A DNA stretch of 64,000 nt from a virus. Location: the IMG/VR virus record IMGVR_UViG_3300021962_008382, positions 64,001-128,000 of that record; one strand, 5' to 3'. Below are positions 8,945 to 18,620 of this stretch, piece by piece. Within the stretch, counting starts at the first letter, position 1, and each line of letters begins with the position of its first letter. Made by a program: the position numbers and the translations under genes. Below the pieces are notes generated by a model, which saw only the letters and a list, made by a program, of their open reading frames with translations, had not been told where the DNA came from and did no database searches.

Positions 8945-10606
8945 TTAACGAGTATAATTTTCACGTATGAATGCTTGGAGATCTTTATTATATGAGTCTG
9001 TAAGCCAGAGATCACTGCCTGCTACTTCTACTGCATCTTCAGGTACACCATTATCAATAAAGCCGAATGGTGTTAAATCTTCTTCTATATTCTTAATTTG
9101 TTGGCTGTATAAGGCTTTACGGTTATTAGAATTCATTAGATCTTTAAATAACGGGTCGTTAGAGGCCCATGCAAAAAGAACTAAAGTCATTACTAAGTCG
9201 TCATTATATCCTTCATCTGCTTCAAACGACCCTTTATTTTCAACAAATGTTGAGATTTCGGAAATAATATCTTTATCAAAAATTAACAGTTTACTATTTT
9301 CAACCAGAGATTTTAGAGATGAACAACCTATTCTCTTAATCTGTTTGGTTGTTCTAATACCTAGGCTGGAGTTTTTACCGGATATAGATAGCGTCTGACC
9401 GTACCTTGCATCGCTCCCCACCCATATCATATTTTCATATTCTAATTCATTATATATTAAATCAGCAACTTGTTGACCTATATCATTTATCTCAACAAGA
9501 ATATAAGCGTTATTATAATCTTTAGCCAGTTTTACTATAATATCCGGGTACAACAGCGGGCTGATTGTATTATTGCGATATTTAGCTACTACAGAAAACG
9601 GATACTTTGTAGTATCAATAACGGTAAAAGCAGAGTAATCTCCTCCTACCCCTCTTGATGTATCTACTGTTATAAAATAAGAATTATTTAATTGAGGAGA
9701 TTCTAGTATATCTAGATTATCTTTTTCGTATATGTAACTCTTCGGTGAAAGATTAGAAATAACATCAGGGGAGATAAGTGTGTTAGTGGAACCTAAGAAC
9801 TTACACAACACCTCTTGATTAAACTTAACTTCACCTAGAAGTGCTTTCTGCTCTTCAGCCCACTTTAAATCTCTCTTTGGATGTTCGAAATATTCCACTT
9901 TAATTGGAATAAATCCGTTTGTACCTCTTTCTGCTTCATTCCAAAACTTCCAGAAGTGGTTATATCCTAGCGGAGTAGATGTAAGAATGATCTTGGTTGT
10001 TTGACCGGCTGATACTACGGGATATACGGATGTAAAGAATTGCTCTGCGATGTTATTTGGTACAATTGCCACCTCGTCCACATACAGTAAGTTTACTGAC
10101 TTACCACGAATACCAGACTGAGATGTTGCTGCTGTAAATACGGATGACCCGTTCTCAAGCTCTACGTCACCCTTATTCCATGTCTTTATACCCTGCTGCA
10201 TCCACAAAGGTAGGTTTTCATACATTAATTGATAACGAGATAAAATTTCCATTGCACCATCTGATTTGTGTGCAAGGATAGCAACTGTTTTGTTTCTATT
10301 AAAAAGCGTATACCAGAGAACATATGCAGCCACTACCTGGGACTTACCCATCTGTCTAGGCTGCATACTAATAACGCGTCTATTTTCTTGAATTGCATTT
10401 AGAAATCTTTCTTGATAAGGAAAGAGATCAAAAGGAATAAGCATCTCTGAGTCAAGAGATACTATCTGGCAATATTTACGAATAAAATAGATCGGGTCGT
10501 CTTTGCAAATCATTAATTCAGATACCTGTTCTGAGGTATACTGAATTACGAAACCTATTTGCTTGAGTGATCTATTACCGTTGTAGGAGTTTTTACTTTG
10601 AGTCAA
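8945..10606 (-). CDS. gp17: terminase large subunit
   Basis: Walker A PRQMGKS, Walker B LLYVDE, motif III TSTP, nuclease VDTSRG and DDLVM; no intein. Confidence 0.97.
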   Translation of the reverse strand: MTQSKNSYNGNRSLKQIGFVIQYTSEQVSELMICKDDPIYFIRKYCQIVSLDSEMLIPFDLFPYQERFLNAIQENRRVISMQPRQMGKSQVVAAYVLWYTLFNRNKTVAILAHKSDGAMEILSRYQLMYENLPLWMQQGIKTWNKGDVELENGSSVFTAATSQSGIRGKSVNLLYVDEVAIVPNNIAEQFFTSVYPVVSAGQTTKIILTSTPLGYNHFWKFWNEAERGTNGFIPIKVEYFEHPKRDLKWAEEQKALLGEVKFNQEVLCKFLGSTNTLISPDVISNLSPKSYIYEKDNLDILESPQLNNSYFITVDTSRGVGGDYSAFTVIDTTKYPFSVVAKYRNNTISPLLYPDIIVKLAKDYNNAYILVEINDIGQQVADLIYNELEYENMIWVGSDARYGQTLSISGKNSSLGIRTTKQIKRIGCSSLKSLVENSKLLIFDKDIISEISTFVENKGSFEADEGYNDDLVMTLVLFAWASNDPLFKDLMNSNNRKALYSQQIKNIEEDLTPFGFIDNGVPEDAVEVAGSDLWLTDSYNKDLQAFIRENYTR

Positions 10607-11009
10607 TTATATTAGCCTTCTGCGCACTTATTAATTTCATAAGTTCTGCTGTAGACCCTGCAAATAATATATTGTTAGTTTGATTACCTATCTTTGATGT
10701 AGGTACCTCATCACCTTTTAATTCACGATTCTGCTTTTGCACCGATAGAAGGCTCTTAGCAATTTCGGTTTGTGTCTTAATCAACTGACCGGCTACTTCG
10801 TATGCAGATCCTCTCTCAGACCTCTTAGCGTTATCTACCATGTTATTGATGAGATCGTTATTAACATCAATAAGTTTTCTAAGAGTATTTCTTGCCAGAT
10901 TAAAATCACTAGTAATCTCATCAGTATTATCTTTCTCGATAATAGGAGATATTTCTTGTATAGCAAGTTCTACATTGAAAAGATTGGAAAGATTTTGATC
11001 CATTAACAT
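10593..11009 (-). CDS. gp16: terminase small subunit
   Basis: AYEVAGQLIK and NNILFAGSTAELMK motifs; upstream of gp17. Confidence 0.88.
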   Translation of the reverse strand: MLMDQNLSNLFNVELAIQEISPIIEKDNTDEITSDFNLARNTLRKLIDVNNDLINNMVDNAKRSERGSAYEVAGQLIKTQTEIAKSLLSVQKQNRELKGDEVPTSKIGNQTNNILFAGSTAELMKLISAQKANIIDSK

Positions 11010-11758
11010 TAGAAATCCTCAAACATTTCAATGAAATCAATATCATCCCCTGGTACAGCAGTTCCTGGATCTACCGTTGCACTGTATCTTAGTATCTGTT
11101 GAGTTCTCGCTTCATCATTAAAGATATTAGCAATAGAAGTACGAATGAGACTTTGTCTGCTCGCCGGTCCAAAGAAGTTAAGCTTGAGTGTAAAATTAAG
11201 TGTCCATATAATAGATCTACGAGAAGTAAAATTACCTTCATAAGTATCTTCGTAAGCCACATTATCTAATACGATAGATAGGTCGTTCTTAATATTCATA
11301 CTCGGAACAGCATTCAATGTTAAGTTAAAATCAGGATTGAAATAAGGAAGAATCTGCTCTATTACCTGCAGACCGTCATCTTGATTTTTTGAATACAGGT
11401 ACAACGACATAGAAACATTATATGGTGTTGGTACAAATTGAACAGTACTGGTTGACGTTGAGGTATTATTTACTCTATTTTTTTGAACCAGACTTAATTT
11501 TCTATTTGGGTCGTAAGACAGACCGGTCATTTCAAACGCCATTCTAGGCAAACTTATTTGAAATTTAGCATTTGGAAGATCTGGCTCAGCTTCAACTCTT
11601 GCTAGAAATTTTTGTCTAGGTGCGTACGACAAGGGTACTTTCAACGTCTGTACAACGTTACCAGACGAATCTAATCTATCGAGGTAGATATCGTTAAATA
11701 TATTACCAAAAGCTACAACCGATTTTCGAATCGTACCCCAGTAGAATTTTTGAAGCAT
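11009..11758 (-). CDS. gp15: tail sheath stabilizer / terminator
   Basis: TIRKSVVAFGNIFN, VPLSYAPRQKF, LPRMAFE, EQILPYFNP motifs. Confidence 0.95.
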   Translation of the reverse strand: MLQKFYWGTIRKSVVAFGNIFNDIYLDRLDSSGNVVQTLKVPLSYAPRQKFLARVEAEPDLPNAKFQISLPRMAFEMTGLSYDPNRKLSLVQKNRVNNTSTSTSTVQFVPTPYNVSMSLYLYSKNQDDGLQVIEQILPYFNPDFNLTLNAVPSMNIKNDLSIVLDNVAYEDTYEGNFTSRRSIIWTLNFTLKLNFFGPASRQSLIRTSIANIFNDEARTQQILRYSATVDPGTAVPGDDIDFIEMFEDF

Positions 11759-12501
11759 TATAGAACCTCTCCAAATGGGTTAGTTTCAGAGAAATCTAGA
11801 ATACCTGATTCGTCCTCAAAGTTTTCATTTTGTGCAGAGGGGTCAATTACATTAAGCAGGAAGTTTTCTAGGATAAGCGGAACTTCGGCTTCTGCTTCAA
11901 TTAAGAATCTTGAATTATCTTCTAAATCTAAAGTATATTCTTCAGTAATAGAAATAGATTCTATATCTGCTTGATCATTTATTGAGTCGATAGTTGTGTT
12001 GAATCTTTCTGACGAGAACTGCATTAGCTCGCATTCCAGTTTGTATACGTAAAGCTTACCAACCTGGAAAAACGGGTCGCGTGTCTCGACTCTTCTAATC
12101 TCAAAGAAAGAATTTGTAAGAGGGAAGAATAGAACATCACCTTCAGCAGGTCTTGTAGTAAGCGCTGCTGTTCCTGATTTAGCTACTACATCATCCCATC
12201 TTCTTCTCGATACGATAAATGTTGCAGTATCTCTTATCTCTACCCCAAACTTAGAAAGAAGATCACCCTCGCCTTCGAAACCGGTTACGTTACTCATATA
12301 CATCTCCAACGGAAATGCATTATCGTATTTTTGTAAGGCGTCTTCTGTAAAAATCTGGTCTTTATTTACAGCTGTTTTCGGCAGATAATATACATCGAAT
12401 CCATATATTCTCAGGCATTCGATTATGATGTCCTCCATGAGCAGCTGCTCTGAGGCTCTTCCCCCGGGTATACCAGACTGAAAATAAAAGTTAGTGGGCA
12501 T
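11758..12501 (-). CDS. gp14: neck protein
   Basis: EQLLMEDIIIE, GDLLSKFG, PFFQVGK, DFSETNPFGE motifs. Confidence 0.95.
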   Translation of the reverse strand: MPTNFYFQSGIPGGRASEQLLMEDIIIECLRIYGFDVYYLPKTAVNKDQIFTEDALQKYDNAFPLEMYMSNVTGFEGEGDLLSKFGVEIRDTATFIVSRRRWDDVVAKSGTAALTTRPAEGDVLFFPLTNSFFEIRRVETRDPFFQVGKLYVYKLECELMQFSSERFNTTIDSINDQADIESISITEEYTLDLEDNSRFLIEAEAEVPLILENFLLNVIDPSAQNENFEDESGILDFSETNPFGEVL

Positions 12502-12569
12502 AGACGGTATCTTTGCGGTGGCCGTAGATTTCAGTTACTGCTATAATGCATATGTCGAACATGAGAGAA

Positions 12570-13523
12570 TCAACCTACAAACATATCAACGGGTAACTGA
12601 TATGTTTTTTCTGCTTCATCTCTAAGTTCTTTTAACTCTTCAGTAGCTTCATCAAAGATCTTTTGACCATTCAGTGTAACACCCCCGGGTAATTGAACAC
12701 CTTCAAATTTCTTTAGATTAACACCCCATTGTTGCTTTAATAATGCAGTTGCGTATCGTTTGAGAAAATGATCGTTATATACGTCAGTGAATGTACTAGG
12801 ATCAAGAATTCTATACGCTTCGATAACAACGTAGTCTCCGATTTCAACATCAGTATTCCAGTCCATATCGATGTACAAACGATTTTGATGTCTATTAAAG
12901 CGAGTAGGTTTTTGTCCTACAAGAATATCATTGATAAGATTAAGCTGCGTCTTAACCTGACTGTAATATATTATATCGGTTGATTGTAAGGAATATAGAT
13001 CGTTTAGCAGGATTTGATATCTAACATCAAACATATCGATTCCTCGAGTCTTGGAGGAAAACGGCATGATCTTTACAACACCTGTAATGTTATCATTTAA
13101 TGAAAGATATTTGTTATCAAAATTACCTAAAGTAACAGAACTAATCACCGCAGAAGTACTTGACGTACCCCCTGAAAACGTCTCACCAGGGGTAAATGTA
13201 CCGGATACATTCTTAATGGATATTCTATTAGCAGAAATATTAGATATTACAGTAGCAGTCGCACCAGAAGATACACCTGTTAGTCTTTCACCATTTAGGA
13301 AAGATGCAGCATTAACCCCGGTAATTTGAAGAGTACTTGCCGTTATCTTCTCAGAAAGATATACAAGCTCAACCGAATCATAGTGAAACTCGCGATAAAA
13401 TTGAAAAGCTTCGTCAATTCTATCTTCGATCTGGTCGTCATCAATATTAATTTCAAGTACAGGATGACCTAATTTTCTCAGACAATAATCTATAAGTTCT
13501 TGTCTAGATGAAGGATTAGCCAT
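12570..13523 (-). CDS. gp13: neck protein
   Basis: SRQELIDYCLRKLGHPVLEIN, KQQWGVNLKKF, LPGGVTLNG motifs. Confidence 0.95.
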   Translation of the reverse strand: MANPSSRQELIDYCLRKLGHPVLEINIDDDQIEDRIDEAFQFYREFHYDSVELVYLSEKITASTLQITGVNAASFLNGERLTGVSSGATATVISNISANRISIKNVSGTFTPGETFSGGTSSTSAVISSVTLGNFDNKYLSLNDNITGVVKIMPFSSKTRGIDMFDVRYQILLNDLYSLQSTDIIYYSQVKTQLNLINDILVGQKPTRFNRHQNRLYIDMDWNTDVEIGDYVVIEAYRILDPSTFTDVYNDHFLKRYATALLKQQWGVNLKKFEGVQLPGGVTLNGQKIFDEATEELKELRDEAEKTYQLPVDMFVG

Positions 13524-13546
13524 AAATTTTCCGTAAATTTAATTAA

Positions 13547-13554
13547 TATTTATT
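13547..13554 (-). promoter_or_regulatory. late promoter AATAAATA for gp13 operon
   Basis: TATTTATT on + strand in intergenic gap. Confidence 0.6.
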
Positions 13555-13562
13555 CTTTTTAC

Positions 13563-13796
13563 CTACTCATGAATAGGGACTATTTGATATCCTATCAGTT
13601 TTTTAGAGTCAAATACTTTTACGAAGTTATTCGTTTTAAAAGTTATATCACTTCTACTTTGAAATAGACTTTCAAGATGAGTTACAGCGTGATCGGGGTC
13701 GGTGAGTGTACCATTGATTGTTAAGTCAGGGGTAAATTCAATCAAGTGCATTCTGCCGTTTCTATCAATCACGTAAATCTTTTTAGTACTGTTCAT
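13563..13796 (-). CDS. hypothetical protein
   Basis: 77 aa ORF, last gene of tightly packed enzyme operon; RBS GAGGT upstream. Confidence 0.6.
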   Translation of the reverse strand: MNSTKKIYVIDRNGRMHLIEFTPDLTINGTLTDPDHAVTHLESLFQSRSDITFKTNNFVKVFDSKKLIGYQIVPIHE

Positions 13797-13798
13797 AG

Positions 13799-14722
13799 TT
13801 ACCTCTTAGTATTGATACGTCTAATCATATCTTCAATTGCTAGGTTATTTATTGCAGTATATCTGCTATCATACATCTTAGGTTCTTGAAACTCTTCAAA
13901 TACCTCATCAGTATCATCTATCCAGAATAATAAATCAGGATTTAAAATGCTGCGTTGTTCGTCGAGAGGGCAGACTGAATTAATTAGTACAATATCATCT
14001 GCGGCCGAATTACGAGCCATAGTTAAAAGTCTGTTAGTATGTCGTAACCTACCTCCTTCTGTATAGTCAATATCTTTATGTATTACTCTCTGTTCTCTAC
14101 TATTAAGTACTCTGCACTGATCAAAATGCTTTGTTAGTTCATCTACTACTAGCTTTCTACTCGAACCGGGCTTACCCATTACTAAAACTCTGAAGTGTCT
14201 ATCAGTTATTAATCTATAATATTGAACTAAATTTGAATCCAGTGTATGGAATACCCACGGTCTTATAAAAACACCTTGATTTGGTTCTAGCATTACGTTA
14301 GTGTGTAGATCCCATTCGAATAAGTTTCTGTAGTTAAATTCATAACCCTCTAAAGCAGATTTTGCATCTATTGCCCCGTTTTTATTTTTATGATGAAATA
14401 AATTTAAGGTATTTTTTTCAAGTGCTACTATGAAACACCATTCATTGAGAGAGTTAAAATCTTCGAAATGAATAATGTTGTTGAAGGGTCTACGAAATAT
14501 TCCAGATCTTTTATGATCAATTATTACGCGTTCGCCCAGTACTCTACCTAATATAGGTTCTAACCCGCTTAAAACCATATTAAAATTATCTAGCTCGTAA
14601 CCGTACTCTTTTTCGCTGAACCTAATATCTCTGACTACAGCTGCGCAGCGCTCTACATCTCCAGCTGGAAAAAATCCATCTGCATGGAGCATTTTTACCA
14701 TGGGTCTATTAGATGCTTTCAC
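13799..14722 (-). CDS. 2OG-Fe(II) oxygenase-like domain fused to degenerate adenylylsulfate (APS) kinase-like domain
   Basis: N-half has HFE and distal H (PNQGVFIRPWVFH) consistent with a DSBH oxygenase; C-half VLVMGKPGSSRK...DIDYTEGGRLR...SVCP...FQEP follows the CysC-like layout but the P-loop is non-canonical. Confidence 0.55.
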   Translation of the reverse strand: MKASNRPMVKMLHADGFFPAGDVERCAAVVRDIRFSEKEYGYELDNFNMVLSGLEPILGRVLGERVIIDHKRSGIFRRPFNNIIHFEDFNSLNEWCFIVALEKNTLNLFHHKNKNGAIDAKSALEGYEFNYRNLFEWDLHTNVMLEPNQGVFIRPWVFHTLDSNLVQYYRLITDRHFRVLVMGKPGSSRKLVVDELTKHFDQCRVLNSREQRVIHKDIDYTEGGRLRHTNRLLTMARNSAADDIVLINSVCPLDEQRSILNPDLLFWIDDTDEVFEEFQEPKMYDSRYTAINNLAIEDMIRRINTKR

Positions 14723-15470
14723 AAACTTTCTCCGCTATAGATCTGTAAATATCGCTTATTTTACCGGTATTAAAAGCTATAGGTATTCCTTGATCTGCTT
14801 TTATTCTAATTGATGTCTGAAGAGGTATCTTACCGAGAACTGGTACTGAATACTTCTCACTTAAACTATCAGCACCATTTTCCCCAAAAATATAATCGAC
14901 ATTATTACAATGGTTACACAAGTGTCCACTCATATTTTCTACAATACCCACTATCTTAATATTTCTTTGTACGAATAGCTCAATACCTTTCTTACAATCT
15001 AATAATGCTACATCTTGAGGGGTTGTTACGATTACAGCTTTAGCGTGTGGAATAATCTCACAAAGTGATATCTGAATATCACCGGTACCCGGGGGCATGT
15101 CAACTATAAGATAATCCAATTCACCCCATACCGTATTTAATAATAAGTTTTTAAGGGCAACAGTGGCCATTGGTCCTCGCCAACTTACAGCTTGATCATC
15201 TCTAATACTACTAGCTATCGACATTATTTTTAGTTGGTAAGCTTCAAACGGTAAAGTAAATTTTTTATCTTCTGTAAGATTATATGGTTGATTGTTCTCC
15301 AATCCGAACATCATAAACTGACTAGGACCGTATATGTCAGAATCAAACATACCTACTTTAAGATTTAACATAGAAAGAGAAGCTGCAAGATTAGCTGCAA
15401 CAGTACTCTTACCCACACCTCCTTTTCCAGAGGAAACTAAAATAACATTTTTTATTTGCTCTATACCCAT
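14709..15470 (-). CDS. mrp: Mrp/ApbC/NBP35-family ATPase (Fe-S cluster carrier)
   Basis: SSGKGGVGKST, DSDIYGPS, WRGPM, WGELDYLIVDMPPGTGD, VTTPQ, ENMS..CxxC; start reassigned to ATG at 15470 next to the upstream stop. Confidence 0.92.
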   Translation of the reverse strand: MGIEQIKNVILVSSGKGGVGKSTVAANLAASLSMLNLKVGMFDSDIYGPSQFMMFGLENNQPYNLTEDKKFTLPFEAYQLKIMSIASSIRDDQAVSWRGPMATVALKNLLLNTVWGELDYLIVDMPPGTGDIQISLCEIIPHAKAVIVTTPQDVALLDCKKGIELFVQRNIKIVGIVENMSGHLCNHCNNVDYIFGENGADSLSEKYSVPVLGKIPLQTSIRIKADQGIPIAFNTGKISDIYRSIAEKVCESI

Positions 15471-15471
15471 A

Positions 15472-16407
15472 TTATTCCGAATAAATGTCATGGTTAATAA
15501 TATTACACCAATGTTTCAACTCAGTTTTTGAGAAAGACATTATACCATCGTTTATTCTATCTGTAAATTCGCCGTCTACACCTCCGAGCCTGATAGGGTT
15601 ATATACAGGCTGTCTATCTTCTTTCCTAAAAATCCTGAAATGATCTGGATATGTTACATTTTTCTCGAAAGTTGAGCCCATGAATACAGCACCGGGCTTA
15701 TCAAACGCGCGCGCCATATGCTGACCAACCGAATCACACCCTACAAAATAATCACACTCACTAATTAAAGCCATAAACATTCGAAGATCAGTATTAAGAT
15801 TTTGAAAATCTACCGATATATTATCGCCCGGATGTCTAAGTTCCTTAGGACCGAAAAAGAATATTAAACTATCTTTGCTAATATTTTCTATCATATAGAG
15901 ATAGTCGTCGCAATCTAAGCTCCGATGAGAAGTATCATAAGGCCTATTATTATTAATCTGCATTGAACTGCCGTAAGGCTGAAATACAATTACTTTACTC
16001 TTATTTTTATTCGTTTTAAACTCCTGTATTATTCTTTTAACCGAATTTTTTTCGTATGTACTTAGATATAGATTAGGCTTGGTAAGATCTGAATGATCTT
16101 CGGTCTTATTTATTTCTCGATCAAAAGCTTCAGTAAGAGAAATCTTCTGATTATAATAATCATAAAGATAGTAAGGCTCTGGGCACACAACAATATTAGG
16201 CTTTACATAATTATCAAATATATCTTTCTGATGTATACCTATAGTTCGCTGTTGAAGTAGAGGATGACTCCAGTACAGACTCTCCCACCCATGAACAAGC
16301 ACCTTAAAGTTATTACCCGGGTTGAGACGATGAAATTTCTCTAAAGCGGGTATTGCCGTTATAACCCTACCTGCACCACCGTTAATTATAAAAGTTGTAT
16401 TAGTCAT
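15472..16407 (-). CDS. GT-B glycosyltransferase (GT9 / heptosyltransferase-like)
   Basis: N-terminal INGGAGRVITAIPAL; C-terminal ISECDYFVGCDSVGQHMARAFDKP..V..G typical of GT9. Confidence 0.75.
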   Translation of the reverse strand: MTNTTFIINGGAGRVITAIPALEKFHRLNPGNNFKVLVHGWESLYWSHPLLQQRTIGIHQKDIFDNYVKPNIVVCPEPYYLYDYYNQKISLTEAFDREINKTEDHSDLTKPNLYLSTYEKNSVKRIIQEFKTNKNKSKVIVFQPYGSSMQINNNRPYDTSHRSLDCDDYLYMIENISKDSLIFFFGPKELRHPGDNISVDFQNLNTDLRMFMALISECDYFVGCDSVGQHMARAFDKPGAVFMGSTFEKNVTYPDHFRIFRKEDRQPVYNPIRLGGVDGEFTDRINDGIMSFSKTELKHWCNIINHDIYSE

Positions 16408-17065
16408 TTATTAACATATTCCAGGGGGCAATGATACCCTCACAATGTATACTTTCTACTTCCATTAATTTAGATTTATCAATATACATGAACATAGCTT
16501 CTTCAATAGTTATGCCTTGAACTAAGTGTTCATAAAATGATTTGGATATTAAATTACCCATATTATCAATTAGCGTACCACATACGGACCAAAGTCTTGT
16601 GTGTAGGGATATAGCATTATAATCGTTAGTATGGCGAGTTTTAAATACATAACAGTCGTGTAGATTATTATAAAAATTAATATCGAATTGATCACTTAGT
16701 TTATATCGACCAGATATCTTAAAGATTCTCTTTGGAGCTAATTTATTTAGTATTATTAGATCTAAAGCTACTAGTAACATATATGCTTCGCCAGCACCTT
16801 TTGCACCTGAATTGTTTAGCTCTTTACAAGGTGTTCTACTTCCAATATCAATAAAGAAGGTTACATTTTTTGAAAGCTCATTATACCATTTATTTTCAAG
16901 AGGAAAAGAAGAATTATCTATTAAGATAATTATTGCAGCTGGATCTTTTTTCTTTATAGAATCTATAGTTTCGAGTGTTTGTAGATACCGATCACTTATC
17001 GAAATATGTCCCCATGGTGTGTTTATAGTAGATGTGATAATAAAGATATTATTTAGTATACTCAT
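16400..17065 (-). CDS. hypothetical, possible GT-A-like glycosyltransferase
   Basis: IITSTIN, RYLQTLETI, ILIDNS and FKISGRY motifs; start reassigned to MSILNN at 17065; embedded in GT cluster. Confidence 0.45.
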   Translation of the reverse strand: MSILNNIFIITSTINTPWGHISISDRYLQTLETIDSIKKKDPAAIIILIDNSSFPLENKWYNELSKNVTFFIDIGSRTPCKELNNSGAKGAGEAYMLLVALDLIILNKLAPKRIFKISGRYKLSDQFDINFYNNLHDCYVFKTRHTNDYNAISLHTRLWSVCGTLIDNMGNLISKSFYEHLVQGITIEEAMFMYIDKSKLMEVESIHCEGIIAPWNMLIND

Positions 17066-17831
17066 CCCACCAGGTTTCCCATTTAATAAAAGGGTCTTTC
17101 TGCTGATCAAACTGTAAATGTAATGCTAGACTTGGTATAGGATTAAATCTTATCGCTCGATTATCTAACCAAATATTCCATATGGTGTTTGATTCTTCAT
17201 AATGTTCTGTTCTAGGTTTAAGATAATTCCCGTTATATTTAAGTGCCAAGGTCTCAAACAGCCCCCAGTTAGATTTAAATATCTGAGGTGTAGTGAATAA
17301 GACATTTGTAGTAAAAACACCGGTACGCCAATGCCTGTTAGAGCCATGTACAATAAAATCCGTTCTACTTGGGGGATTATATTCACTTGGTTCATCAAAA
17401 GGGTACAATACTATATCATCTCGCTTTAATCTATCAGAGAAGGTATAAAAACTATCAATCATTTCTTGAATAGCAGAAGGCTGGTGCAGATAGTCATCTT
17501 CAACGGAGTATACTAAATCTGCATGACTATCTCTACATAGCAACCATTGTTGATGCGCTGAATAATTGTACCCCTGCTCCGGTAAAGATATAAACTCACC
17601 GTTAACTTCTTCTATTATTTGTTTTATCTTACTAACAGTTTCCTCAGAGGAACTATCATCTAATACTGTTAATTTGATAAGTACATCGCGTACATTTTTT
17701 ATACTATTTACAAGCGATCTAGTACAGCCTACAACAATATCATTTTTTGGAATATCACAGTATCTTACTCTCCAATCTACGTGAACGTTAGTTCTGTCAC
17801 AGGTTCTTAAGATAATATCTAATGTTTTCAT
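17049..17831 (-). CDS. GT-A glycosyltransferase (GT2-like)
   Basis: VLDDSS, DxD-like YSVEDDYLH, PIPSLALH. Confidence 0.72.
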   Translation of the reverse strand: MKTLDIILRTCDRTNVHVDWRVRYCDIPKNDIVVGCTRSLVNSIKNVRDVLIKLTVLDDSSSEETVSKIKQIIEEVNGEFISLPEQGYNYSAHQQWLLCRDSHADLVYSVEDDYLHQPSAIQEMIDSFYTFSDRLKRDDIVLYPFDEPSEYNPPSRTDFIVHGSNRHWRTGVFTTNVLFTTPQIFKSNWGLFETLALKYNGNYLKPRTEHYEESNTIWNIWLDNRAIRFNPIPSLALHLQFDQQKDPFIKWETWWDEYTK

Positions 17832-17849
17832 GACTTTATTATTTCAACA

Positions 17850-18620
17850 TTATTTACGCCAAACTTCTAAACCATGATACTTATTTAAAATGTCCGGGGG
17901 TAGGATAAAATCCCTAGCCTTGAATTCTACTCGCTTTCTTACATCATGTAGCTTTATACCGATTTCCTGATCATACTCATCCCAACTTGCTTCTACATTG
18001 TTAAAATCATGCTGAAAATAAGGCTCATCAATAAAATTATACAGGGCTTTTAACATTTGCTCAGGTTGTTTAGCTAGTTGCTCATACTCTAAGATAAAAA
18101 GTAAATTTTTTTCTAGACCGGTTATTGCTTGCTTAATACCCACATAAGGAAAACCTACTACACCGGCTTCTGAAAAAAGGGATTCTGCTCTGGAATAAAC
18201 CGAACCTGAAAGACCCCCGGTTACTGTATTAGTTGAGAAAGGATTGCGTCTGTGCGCTAGTTCAAAACTATCCAAGACCCAGTTAATATCTCTAACACAT
18301 ACAATAAATTTAGATTTAGGGTAAAGATCTTTTATAACACCCGTTAAATATGTCCAAGCGCGATTAGTATTAAAAATAATCGGCTTATCAACATCTTGAT
18401 AGAAACCGTCAAACAACCCGGCAACTATATTTTTTCTTCGCTGTACAGGAACCTCTGCTTTCGACCCGGGGCTATCTTGTGTAGCCTCAATTACCCCTTT
18501 TACTAAATTAGCTAAAGGGTCGGTGATAGAGGAATGAAAGCGGGGGTTCTGTCTTAGTATTGAGGTAAGAAGGGTTGACCCTGATCGCGGTAAGCCAGTT
18601 ATAAAATGATATTGTTTCAT
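17850..18620 (-). CDS. PAPS-dependent sulfotransferase (Sulfotransfer_3-like)
   Basis: 5'-PSB loop ITGLPRSGSTLL, 3'-PB motif VCVRD...SF, YEQL. Confidence 0.88.
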   Translation of the reverse strand: MKQYHFITGLPRSGSTLLTSILRQNPRFHSSITDPLANLVKGVIEATQDSPGSKAEVPVQRRKNIVAGLFDGFYQDVDKPIIFNTNRAWTYLTGVIKDLYPKSKFIVCVRDINWVLDSFELAHRRNPFSTNTVTGGLSGSVYSRAESLFSEAGVVGFPYVGIKQAITGLEKNLLFILEYEQLAKQPEQMLKALYNFIDEPYFQHDFNNVEASWDEYDQEIGIKLHDVRKRVEFKARDFILPPDILNKYHGLEVWRK

